Counted from the stretch's first letter, positions 1 to 7,132 are shown. The stretch: 22,041 nucleotides of DNA from Pseudomonadota bacterium (GCA_021325135.1 JAJPHT010000017.1:1-22041); one strand, 5' to 3'. Program-made: numbers and translations. The notes: generated from the sequence alone by a model not told the origin.

Positions 1-2
1 AC

Positions 3-737
3 CCCGACGTGAACACCTACAAGCCCGAGTGGAGCCGCCACGACTGGAACGAGACGCTGCTCACCTGGTTCGACCACTGGCTCAAGGGCGTCGACAACAA
101 CTGGACCTCCCTCGCCCACGTCGAGGCGCAGGACCAGGCGGGAGAATGGCGCAACTCCACCGCGTGGCCCCCCGCCGACGCGGAGCCCGTCACGCTCTAC
201 CTCGGCCCCAGCGGAGCGCTCAGCGCCGCGCCCCCCGCCGCGGGCGTCGTCACGCTCAGCGCCGACCCGCGCGTGCAGACGCCCCTGGGCGGCGAGCTTA
301 GAGCGAAGTTCGCCACCGCCGCGCTCTCCAAGGACGTTACCCTCGTGGGCATGCCCACCGTGAGCGTCACGCTGAGCCTCGACCGCCCCGCGGGCAACCT
401 CGTCGCCATCTGGTACGACGTGCTGCCCAACGGCTCGTGGGTCGAGTGGGACCACGGCAGCCGCGAGCTGATGCACCGCGACACGCGCGAGCAGGGGAGC
501 CCCGTCACGCCCGGAGCGACGTTCACCACCATGGTCAACCTCTACCCGCAGGAGACGACGCTGGCGGCGGGCCACAAGCTGGGCCTCGCGCTGGCTCCGG
601 AGGACCCCGCGTGGATCGAGCCCTCGCCCCTGGGCCAAGGCGCGACGTACACGGTGCAGCTGGGCGAGAAGGGCACGGCGCTCCACGCGCTGGCGCTCCC
701 GGGCGGGGCCGCGGCCTTCGGCGCGGCTCCGTCGTGA
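3..737 (+). CDS. CocE/NonD family hydrolase (X-Pro dipeptidyl-peptidase-like), C-terminal part; 5'-truncated by the window edge
   Basis: The frame is open from the window start. WFDHWLKG, W..STAWPP, TLYL, a G.P.V strand, and L.P..TTLAAGHKLGL match the PepX_C/CocE C-terminal jelly-roll domain. Confidence 0.8.
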   Translation, partial: PDVNTYKPEWSRHDWNETLLTWFDHWLKGVDNNWTSLAHVEAQDQAGEWRNSTAWPPADAEPVTLYLGPSGALSAAPPAAGVVTLSADPRVQTPLGGELRAKFATAALSKDVTLVGMPTVSVTLSLDRPAGNLVAIWYDVLPNGSWVEWDHGSRELMHRDTREQGSPVTPGATFTTMVNLYPQETTLAAGHKLGLALAPEDPAWIEPSPLGQGATYTVQLGEKGTALHALALPGGAAAFGAAPS

Positions 738-782
738 CGCCAGCCGGGGCCGCGTCGGGCTGCCGACCGTGGGCAGGAATCG

Positions 783-794
783 TCAAATAGGGGG
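783..794 (+). promoter_or_regulatory. Putative TATA-like promoter element of tRNA-Lys (TCAAATAGGGGG)
   Basis: Main AT-rich patch upstream of the tRNA. An identical 12-mer lies upstream of rpoE' (14515-14526), and AAATAGGG lies upstream of tRNA-Pro. Confidence 0.55.
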
Positions 795-846
795 AGTGGA
801 TTGGAGGCCTCGCGCCTCCGGGGTTTCCCCGAGAGAACCGCGACCT

Positions 847-921
847 GGGCCAGTACCCTAGCTAGGTTAAGGGGACAGACTCTTAATCTGTTCGCCGCCG
901 GTTCGAATCCGGCCTGGCCCG
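847..921 (+). tRNA. tRNA-Lys(CTT), intronless, CCA not encoded
   Basis: Acceptor stem GGGCCAG/CTGGCCC; D-stem CCCT/AGGG; anticodon stem ACAGA/TCTGT with loop CT-CTT-AA (anticodon 882-884); T-arm GCCGG-TTCGAAT-CCGGC; discriminator G. Confidence 0.96.
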
Positions 922-1638
922 CTCATCTCCTGGAGCATTCCGCTCCAGCGCCACCACCTGATATCGCATCCCTTCTCGCACGTACTCTGGCCAGGGCCAC
1001 GCCCCCGCGGCGTTGAGCTTCGCCACGAGGGCGGTGATATCCTCCTGCCGGATGGGACGCCATCCGGTCCTGCGCGCGAGGGCCACGAGGTGCGCCTCGG
1101 TGAGGGGCCCGACGCCGTCGCGGACGCCGCCGCGGAGGGCGAAGCCATCGGTGACGACGAGGCGCGCGCCGGGCGCGGCGACGCGGGCCCACGCGCGCAG
1201 CGCGGCCTCCTTGTCGGGGAGGAGGTTGAGGAGGGAAAGCGCGCTCACGCGCTGATAGCTCGCCTCGGGCGGCGACTCGGCGGGACCCTCCACGAACGAC
1301 GCGTTGCGCAGGCCCTCCGCCTGGGCGGCGGCGCGCGCGAGGGCCAGCGCGCGGGGGGACGCGTCGACGCCCACCACCTGCATGCCGGGGCGGGCGCGGG
1401 CGACCGCCAGCGCGCAGAGCCCGTCGCCGCACCCCGCGTCCAGGTGCCACCCTTCGTCGGGCAGCGAGAGGGCGTCGAGCACGCGGGCGAGGTAGGGCGC
1501 GAGGGCGGCGCGGCGGGCGCGCGATGCCTCGGCGGTGAGCCCCTTGTAACGCTCGTCGTACTGGGCCGCGATGACCTGACGATAGCCGGGAAGCTCGCCG
1601 AGGTCCACAAGGGGCGCAGGGCGCGCCGTCGCCTTCAC
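883..1638 (-). CDS. Class I SAM-dependent methyltransferase (UbiE/Methyltransf_11/25-like)
   Basis: Motif I HLDAGCGDG, VVGVDAS, ASFVEG, and L..WARVAAPGARLVVTD. GTG start 10 nt after the leuD stop. The 3' end overlaps tRNA-Lys antisense. Confidence 0.85.
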   Translation of the reverse strand: MKATARPAPLVDLGELPGYRQVIAAQYDERYKGLTAEASRARRAALAPYLARVLDALSLPDEGWHLDAGCGDGLCALAVARARPGMQVVGVDASPRALALARAAAQAEGLRNASFVEGPAESPPEASYQRVSALSLLNLLPDKEAALRAWARVAAPGARLVVTDGFALRGGVRDGVGPLTEAHLVALARRTGWRPIRQEDITALVAKLNAAGAWPWPEYVREGMRYQVVALERNAPGDERARPDSNRRRTD

Positions 1639-1648
1639 GCTTGCGGGG

Positions 1649-2128
1649 TCAGCGCGGCCTCTCGGCGTAGCGCTTCTTCATGTGCTCGATGAGGCCGCCG
1701 TCCTCCACGATGCGGCGGGCCTGCTCGGGCATGGGAGGCGCCTGGTGGATGCGCCCCGAGGCGTCCACGATTCGGCCCGTGGCGAGGTCGACCTCGATCT
1801 CGGCGCCATCCTCCACGTCGAGGTCCGCCTCCAGCACGGGGAGCGCGAGGTTGACCGCGTTGCGGTAGAAGATGCCCGCGAAGCTGGGCGCGATCACGCA
1901 GAGGATGCCCGCCTGCTTGATGGCCATGACGGCCTGCTCGCGCGACGAGCCGCAGCCGAAGTTGCGCCCCGCGACGACGAACGCGGCCGCCTTCGCGCGG
2001 GCCGGCAGCGCGGGGTCCTCGCCCTCGAAGACGTGGTCGCCCAGGCGCTCCCAGTCCTGCATGAAGCGGGCCGGGATGATCACGTCCGTGTTCAGGTTCG
2101 CGCCGAGGCGGAGCACCTTGCCGCGCAC
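1649..2128 (-). CDS. leuD: 3-isopropylmalate dehydratase / homoaconitase family small subunit (LeuD/HacB type 2)
   Basis: NTDVIIPARF, AGRNFGCGSSREQA, IAPSFAGIFYRNAVNLALP and GGLI motifs. GTG at 2128 (VRGKV...) gives a family-typical 159 aa and lies about 23 nt downstream of a BRE/TATA-like element. Substrate specificity is not determinable. Confidence 0.88.
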   Translation of the reverse strand: MRGKVLRLGANLNTDVIIPARFMQDWERLGDHVFEGEDPALPARAKAAAFVVAGRNFGCGSSREQAVMAIKQAGILCVIAPSFAGIFYRNAVNLALPVLEADLDVEDGAEIEVDLATGRIVDASGRIHQAPPMPEQARRIVEDGGLIEHMKKRYAERPR

Positions 2129-2220
2129 GCCGCGCGATCCCGGGAGCGCCTCAAGAGCGTTTCCCCGTTTCAGCGCCCCCTCCCGGTGGCTCCCTTGGTG
2201 GGCAGCTCGCATGGGGTGGC

Positions 2221-2406
2221 ATGATCTCTGCCGCCGCGCTGGAGGCCGCCGGGCTGGAGCGCATGGGCCCGGACTCCTGCACGGTCTACCGCAGCCGCAC
2301 CGCCTCCCGCCCCTGCCTGCTCTGCGGCCGCTCCACGCTCCTCCTGGTGGTGTTCAAGCCGGGCGGCGCGCCCTTGGCGCTCTGCGGAACGTGCCGCGGA
2401 TACTAG
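2221..2406 (+). CDS. Small hypothetical Zn-finger protein (CxxC...CxxC), 61 aa
   Basis: ATG start, GC3-rich codons, CLLC and CGTC pairs. Fills the gap between leuD and the R15P isomerase gene. Confidence 0.55.
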   Translation: MISAAALEAAGLERMGPDSCTVYRSRTASRPCLLCGRSTLLLVVFKPGGAPLALCGTCRGY

Positions 2407-2482
2407 AAGCGGATAACCCCTCGCCTGCCGGTCCCGCTCCCGAGCGGAAACCCTCAAGCCCGGGCCCGCCGACGGGAGCCCC

Positions 2483-3427
2483 ATGAGCCTCGGCATCGTC
2501 CCCTCCCCACCCGCGCCCAGCGGCGTGGACCCCGCCCTCGCCAAGGCGGCGGACGACATCCGCGCCATGCGCGTGCGCGGCGCCGCCAAGATCGGCCGCT
2601 TCGCCGCCCAGGCCCTGGGCGAGTGGGCGCCCCGCTGGGACGGCGAGCCCGCCACGCTGGAGGCCGCCGCGCGCCTCCTGGTCGCCGCGCGGCCCACCGC
2701 GGTCTCGCTGCCCAACGCCGTCGACTTCGTCGCGAGCCACGCCAAGGCCGCGCCGGGCGGCGTGGAGGCGCGCCGCGACGCGCTGGCCGCCGCGGCCCGC
2801 GACTTCGAGACGCGCGCCGAGCAGGCCCTCGCCGCCATCGGCAAGGCCGGCGCCGCGCTGATCCCCGAGGGCGCGCTGGTCCTCACCATCTGCAACTCCC
2901 AGGGCGCGCTGGCGCCCATGTTCGCCGCCCACGAGGCGGGGCGCCGCTTCCACGTCATCGCGCTGGAGACGCGCCCGTGGCGCCAGGGCCTGCTGACCGC
3001 GGCCCAGCTCTCGGAGCGCGGCATCGCGTGCTCGCTGGCCGTGGACAGCGCCGCGTGGACGATGCTGCGCGAAGTCGACCTCGTGCTCACCGGCGCCGAC
3101 GCCATCGCGAGGAACGGGGACACCGTGAACAAGGTCGGCACGGGCGGCGTCGCCGTCCTCGCCAAGGAGCGCGGCGTGCCCCTCCACGTCTGCGCAGAGA
3201 CGTTCAAGCTCGACCGCAGGGCCGCCTCCGGCGCCGAGGTCGTCATCGAGGAGCGCGAGGCCGCCGAGGTCGTGCGCGCGGGCGAGGTCCCCGAGACGGT
3301 GCAGATCCGGAACCCCGTCTTCGACGTCACGGACCACCGCCACGTCAAGTCCTACGTCACCGACCTGGGCGTGCTCAAGGCGCACCAGATCAATGACGCC
3401 GCGCGCAAGGCGTGGGGCTGGGACTAA
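2483..3427 (+). CDS. e2b2: Ribose-1,5-bisphosphate isomerase (eIF-2B-like family)
   Basis: VRGAAKIGR, RPTAVSLPNA, catalytic Cys in TICNS, ETRPWRQG, catalytic Asp in GADAI, NKVGT, RNPVFDVT. Adjacent to AMP phosphorylase and RuBisCO. Confidence 0.92.
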   Translation: MSLGIVPSPPAPSGVDPALAKAADDIRAMRVRGAAKIGRFAAQALGEWAPRWDGEPATLEAAARLLVAARPTAVSLPNAVDFVASHAKAAPGGVEARRDALAAAARDFETRAEQALAAIGKAGAALIPEGALVLTICNSQGALAPMFAAHEAGRRFHVIALETRPWRQGLLTAAQLSERGIACSLAVDSAAWTMLREVDLVLTGADAIARNGDTVNKVGTGGVAVLAKERGVPLHVCAETFKLDRRAASGAEVVIEEREAAEVVRAGEVPETVQIRNPVFDVTDHRHVKSYVTDLGVLKAHQINDAARKAWGWD

Positions 3428-3435
3428 GCTGCCCA

Positions 3436-3540
3436 CCGCCTCCGGCGGGGAACCCGCGAATCTCCGAATCTCAGAATCAGGGAATTTCCCCGGCGGAGAT
3501 TCGGCGATCCGGAGATTCGCCTCTTCTCCGCCGGAGGCGG
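3436..3540. repeat. ~105-bp imperfect palindrome with internal inverted 8-bp tandem repeats (REP/MITE-like)
   Basis: Outer arms CCGCCTCCGGCGGGGAA (3436-3452) / TTCTCCGCCGGAGGCGG (3524-3540). Inner arms 3456-3470 / 3506-3520. GAATCTCC-like 8-mers occur four times on the left and three times inverted on the right. Confidence 0.85.
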
Positions 3541-3556
3541 GCAAAAGAAGGCGCGA

Positions 3557-5083
3557 TCAGATCTCGCGCACGTCGCTCAAGCGCTGCAGCACCATGCCCT
3601 CGACGATGACGGGGTTCGTCTTCCGCGCCAGCGCCAAGGCAAGCTCCAGCTTGTAGGCGCTCTCGGCGTAGATGGTCATGACCGACTCGCCGGGCTGGAT
3701 CTTGTCGCCGCGCTTGTGGTGCAGCACGATGCCGGCGCCGTGCTCCTTGGGGCTGCCCGAGGCGCGCGCGATGTTGATGATGGCCTTGTTGCGCACGCCC
3801 GCGACGTAGCCGCCCTCGGGGACCTCCAGCTCGGCGGTGAACTGGCCCACGGGCACGTCGCCCTTGGGGAGCACGCCGCGCTGGGCCTCGACGATCTGGC
3901 GGAACTTCTCCAGCGCCGCGCCGCTCTTGAGGATCTCCTCGGCCTTGGCCTTGCCCTTGCCGCGGCCCGCGACGCCGCCCATCTCCAGGATGATGCCCGC
4001 GATGGCGGTGGACTTCTCGATGAGCGACTTGGGCGCCTCCAGGCCGCGCAGCGCCGCGAGGGCCTCGTTGGCCTCCAGCGCGCAGCCCACGGCCTTGCCC
4101 ACGGGCTGGCCGCCGTAGGTGACGGCGCACTCCACCTGCATGTCCAGCCGCTCGCCCAGGTCGATGAAGGCGCGGCCGATCTTCTTGGCGTCGTCGATGG
4201 TGGGCAGCTTCGTGCCCTCGCCCATGGGCAGGTCCATCACGACCTTGTTCGCGCCCACGGCCTTCTTCTTGGACATGACCGACGCGAGCAGCTGCGCGCG
4301 CGGGTCGATGCTGAGGGGGTGCTCGACGCGGATGATGATGTCGTCGGCCGGGGCGAGGTTGACGCCGCCGCCCCAGCAGAGGACGCCGCCCACCTCCTCG
4401 GTGATCTTGCGGATCTGCGGGCCCGAGAGCGCCACGGGTCCGAAGACCTCCATGACGTCCGCCGTGCCCGCGGCGCCGGTGACGGCGCGGCTGCTGGTCT
4501 TGGGGATCATGAGGCCCGCCGCCGCGACGATGGGCACGATGAGGAGACTGATCTTGTTGCCGGGGACACCGCCGATGCTGTGCTTGTCGAACACGACGGC
4601 GTCGCCGAAGTCCAGCGTCTCGCCGTGCTTCACCATGGAGCGCGTGAGGTGCTCGATCTCCTCCATGTCCATGTCGTGGATCTCCAGCGAGGTGACCCAC
4701 GCCGACAGCTCCACGTCGGTGAGGCTCCCCTCCACGACGTCCTGGACGATGGTGTCGATCTCGTCGCGGTTGAGCTTGCGGCCGTGCATCTTCTTCTTGA
4801 TGTGGTGCACGCTGCTGGGCTTCTCCGCGGGGCGCACGTGCAGGCGCGCGCCCTCGTCGAGGCTGAAGTGCTTGCGGACGTCGGCGAACACGCCCATCGT
4901 GCCGGGCTGCACGACGCTCTCGGTGACGTCGACGACGGCGATGACGGCGTGGGGCTGCGAGAGCACGCGCACGCGGTCGCCCGGATGCACGCCCAACTCC
5001 TCCGCGTCGCTGCGGTGCAGGAGCACCTGGAACTTGCCCAGGTCGATGTCGAGGAGGTGGGCTTCGAGTGTCTTTCCATCCAT
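3557..5083 (-). CDS. deoA: AMP phosphorylase (nucleoside-5'-monophosphate phosphorylase)
   Basis: 508 aa with the extra N-terminal domain of the AMP phosphorylase subfamily. DKHSIGGVPGNK, PKTSSRAVTGAAGTADVME, WGGGVNLAPADD, LSIDP..QLLASVMSKK and QPVG..VG..LEA motifs. Confidence 0.95.
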   Translation of the reverse strand: MDGKTLEAHLLDIDLGKFQVLLHRSDAEELGVHPGDRVRVLSQPHAVIAVVDVTESVVQPGTMGVFADVRKHFSLDEGARLHVRPAEKPSSVHHIKKKMHGRKLNRDEIDTIVQDVVEGSLTDVELSAWVTSLEIHDMDMEEIEHLTRSMVKHGETLDFGDAVVFDKHSIGGVPGNKISLLIVPIVAAAGLMIPKTSSRAVTGAAGTADVMEVFGPVALSGPQIRKITEEVGGVLCWGGGVNLAPADDIIIRVEHPLSIDPRAQLLASVMSKKKAVGANKVVMDLPMGEGTKLPTIDDAKKIGRAFIDLGERLDMQVECAVTYGGQPVGKAVGCALEANEALAALRGLEAPKSLIEKSTAIAGIILEMGGVAGRGKGKAKAEEILKSGAALEKFRQIVEAQRGVLPKGDVPVGQFTAELEVPEGGYVAGVRNKAIINIARASGSPKEHGAGIVLHHKRGDKIQPGESVMTIYAESAYKLELALALARKTNPVIVEGMVLQRLSDVREI

Positions 5084-5154
5084 GTCAGATCACGATCGGA
5101 AGATGAGGCCTTATGGGGTCGTGGAGGGTCTTGAAGCTGTTCTCTTCGCCCGGG

Positions 5155-5239
5155 CGCCTCCGGCGGGGAGCCTCCAGGATGCCGGCGATCCGACAGGACG
5201 ACAGGCGACGGAAGCGGATCGCTGGCGTGTCCTGGAGGC
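5155..5239. repeat. Palindromic intergenic element related to 3436-3540
   Basis: Starts with the same 15-mer CGCCTCCGGCGGGGA. Stem 5170-5192 pairs with 5215-5239. The loop has CGACAGG-like tandem repeats. Shares CGGCGATCCG with the first element. Confidence 0.75.
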
Positions 5240-5286
5240 GCGGCGTCATGGCGGGCCCCTTGAGGGGAGGACGGCGGGGCCTGATA

Positions 5287-6576
5287 TCACTCCGAGGAGC
5301 CGCCCGGGGGCTTGGTGCCCCAGCGCTTGATGGCGGCGGCCAGCTCGTCGTGCTTCTTGGCGTACTCCTCCACGGGGATGCCCTTCTGGTAGGCCTCGAC
5401 GGCCTGGCGCATGGCGCGGGCGCCCGCCTCGGAGCCCAGGGGGTTGCCGTGGACGCCGCCGCCGGCCGCCGCGCAGAAGTCGGGGCTGCCGCTTGCGTCC
5501 CAGACGTGGTGGATCACGCCGGGGTGCATGCCGCCGCTGGCCACGGGGAAGACGGTCTTGAGGCCGTACATCTCGCCGCGCAGCATGTCGTAGATGGCGC
5601 GGGCGTGGCTCTTGCCGCCTTCCGTGAACATCTTGCCCGCGCCCAGCGTGCCGGCGTGGAGCGTGTCGGAGCCCGCCATGCGGATCCACTTGGAGACGGG
5701 CAGCATGTCGATGCCGTGGTCCTCAAGGCGGCTGAAGGCGCCGTGCATCGCGCGGTGGGCGTGGATGCCGATGCCCTTGCCCTCGAGGTGGTCGCGCATC
5801 TCCTGCACGGCGCTCCAGCCCACGGTGAGGACGTCGATCATGACGTAGTTGTTGCCCATCTCGCCGCAGACGAAGTCGGCGCGCTTCTTCATCTCGGAGA
5901 CGGGCGCGCTGACGTTGCAGAAGTAGAGCTTCTTCTCGCCCGTCTCGCGCTCGGCCTTCTTCTTGGCCTCCATGACCTTGCGGGCGCGGTCGTAGAAGCC
6001 GTTGAAGACCATGTTGGTGAGGTTCTCGTCGTCCTTGACGAAGTCGATGCCGCCGCGCCACGCGTTGTAGGCGGCCTTGGCCCAGTTGTCGGAGGAGAGG
6101 CCCAGCTTGGGCTTCACGATGGTGCCCAGGATGGGGCGGCCCTGGATGCCGGTCATCTTGCGGACGCCCTCCATGCCAAGCTGCGGGCCGCGGAAGCTCT
6201 TGACGAACTTCGCGGGCATCTCGATGTCGACGAAGCGGAGCTTGCGGACCTCCTTGAGGCCGTACACGTTGCCCACGACGCTGCTGAGGAGCTGGGAGAG
6301 GTTCCCGAACTCGAAGAGGCCGGGCGGGTACGCGATCCAGGCGAGCTTCTTCGCCTCGTCCATCTTGATGACGCGCGCGCCGTACTGGCGCTCCTCGCCG
6401 GTCATGGTCGTGAGGCCGGGGTCCCACGTGCCGATGCTGCTCTCGGCGGCCAGCGCGCCGGCGGCCCACGCGAAGTCCACGGCGGGGTCGTGCTCGACGC
6501 GGAACGTGCAGACGAACTCGTCCTGGGTGGCGGGGGAATCCAATTGGATGAAGTCCTTGTAGCCCATGCCGCGCAT
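5287..6576 (-). CDS. rbcL: Form III ribulose-1,5-bisphosphate carboxylase (RuBisCO large chain, III-b-like)
   Basis: AESSIGTW, GN, GTIVKPKLG, GIDFVKDDEN, HAHRAMH, LHAGT..AGK, ASGG and GGG; the full catalytic set is present. ATG 6576 follows an AGGTG RBS (ATG 6567 is an alternative). GTG 6597 probably lies upstream of the transcription start. Confidence 0.96.
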   Translation of the reverse strand: MRGMGYKDFIQLDSPATQDEFVCTFRVEHDPAVDFAWAAGALAAESSIGTWDPGLTTMTGEERQYGARVIKMDEAKKLAWIAYPPGLFEFGNLSQLLSSVVGNVYGLKEVRKLRFVDIEMPAKFVKSFRGPQLGMEGVRKMTGIQGRPILGTIVKPKLGLSSDNWAKAAYNAWRGGIDFVKDDENLTNMVFNGFYDRARKVMEAKKKAERETGEKKLYFCNVSAPVSEMKKRADFVCGEMGNNYVMIDVLTVGWSAVQEMRDHLEGKGIGIHAHRAMHGAFSRLEDHGIDMLPVSKWIRMAGSDTLHAGTLGAGKMFTEGGKSHARAIYDMLRGEMYGLKTVFPVASGGMHPGVIHHVWDASGSPDFCAAAGGGVHGNPLGSEAGARAMRQAVEAYQKGIPVEEYAKKHDELAAAIKRWGTKPPGGSSE

Positions 6577-6612
6577 GGAAAAACGCACCTGCCCCACCCT
6601 TGCGATCGGCGC

Positions 6613-6628
6613 GGGGATAAGCGCTTCG
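6613..6628 (-). promoter_or_regulatory. Putative BRE/TATA of rbcL (CGAAGCGCTTATCCCC)
   Basis: The same 10-mer GCTTATCCCC lies at 13689-13698, about 22 nt before the ATG at 13720. Confidence 0.45.
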
Positions 6629-6669
6629 GCTTGGGTGGGCGCAGGTTAGAAGGGGAGAAAAGCAGGGCT

Positions 6670-7062
6670 TCAAGCCAGGAGGCCGGGGGCGCAGCCCACG
6701 CCCTCCGTGCCCTCGGTGCAGGTCACCGTGACGTGCGTGAGGATGCACGCGCCGCACCCGACGGGGCCGCCCAGCGTCCGCCCGCCCACCTCGCAGGCCG
6801 CGTAGACGCCGTAGGACTCCAGCCCCTCGGTGCACTGGACCGAGGAGAGCGCGGCGTTGAAGCAGTTGGCGGTGGCGCACGGGTCGGGCGCGCACGCCAG
6901 GGCGCGGTCCCCCTTGGTGACGCAGACGAGCATGCCGCTGGGGCAGGGCGAGTGCCCCTCGATGCAGTAGCCGTAGGACGTGAAGGCCGCGGCGGGGGGC
7001 GCCAGCGCGGTCGTGGCAAGCAGCAGGGAGGCGGCGGCGAGGAGCAGAAGCGGGGTGCGCAT
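6670..7062 (-). CDS. Secreted Cys-rich hypothetical protein, 130 aa (12 Cys)
   Basis: ATG 7062; signal peptide MRTPLLLLAAASLLLATTALAPPAAA; GC3-rich codons. It is the 3' part of track ORF 6670..8403. Confidence 0.75.
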   Translation of the reverse strand: MRTPLLLLAAASLLLATTALAPPAAAFTSYGYCIEGHSPCPSGMLVCVTKGDRALACAPDPCATANCFNAALSSVQCTEGLESYGVYAACEVGGRTLGGPVGCGACILTHVTVTCTEGTEGVGCAPGLLA

Positions 7063-7132
7063 GGGAGTGCCCGGGCCCCGACGCGCGCTCTGCCCCTTGG
7101 CCCTCCTCCCCGCGCAGCCGGCCGGATGCGCG

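Noticed and set aside
847-2406. Integrated element at tRNA-Lys
   Set aside because: No integrase is present and I found no second copy of the tRNA-Lys 3' end in the window.
2483-3427. Annotation as eIF-2B subunit or MtnA
   Set aside because: RPTAVSL, a catalytic Cys/Asp pair and the genomic context fit R15P isomerase, and the MtnA-type HCN.G.LAT motif is absent.
5085-5249. 54-codon minus-strand ORF (MTPRLQD...) between rbcL and AMP phosphorylase
   Set aside because: It runs through the palindromic element, its codon usage is atypical and it has no motif.
5287-6576. RuBisCO as evidence of a Calvin cycle, or as a form IV RuBisCO-like protein
   Set aside because: No PRK or small subunit is present and the neighbours define the AMP pathway. 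The full catalytic residue set argues against form IV.
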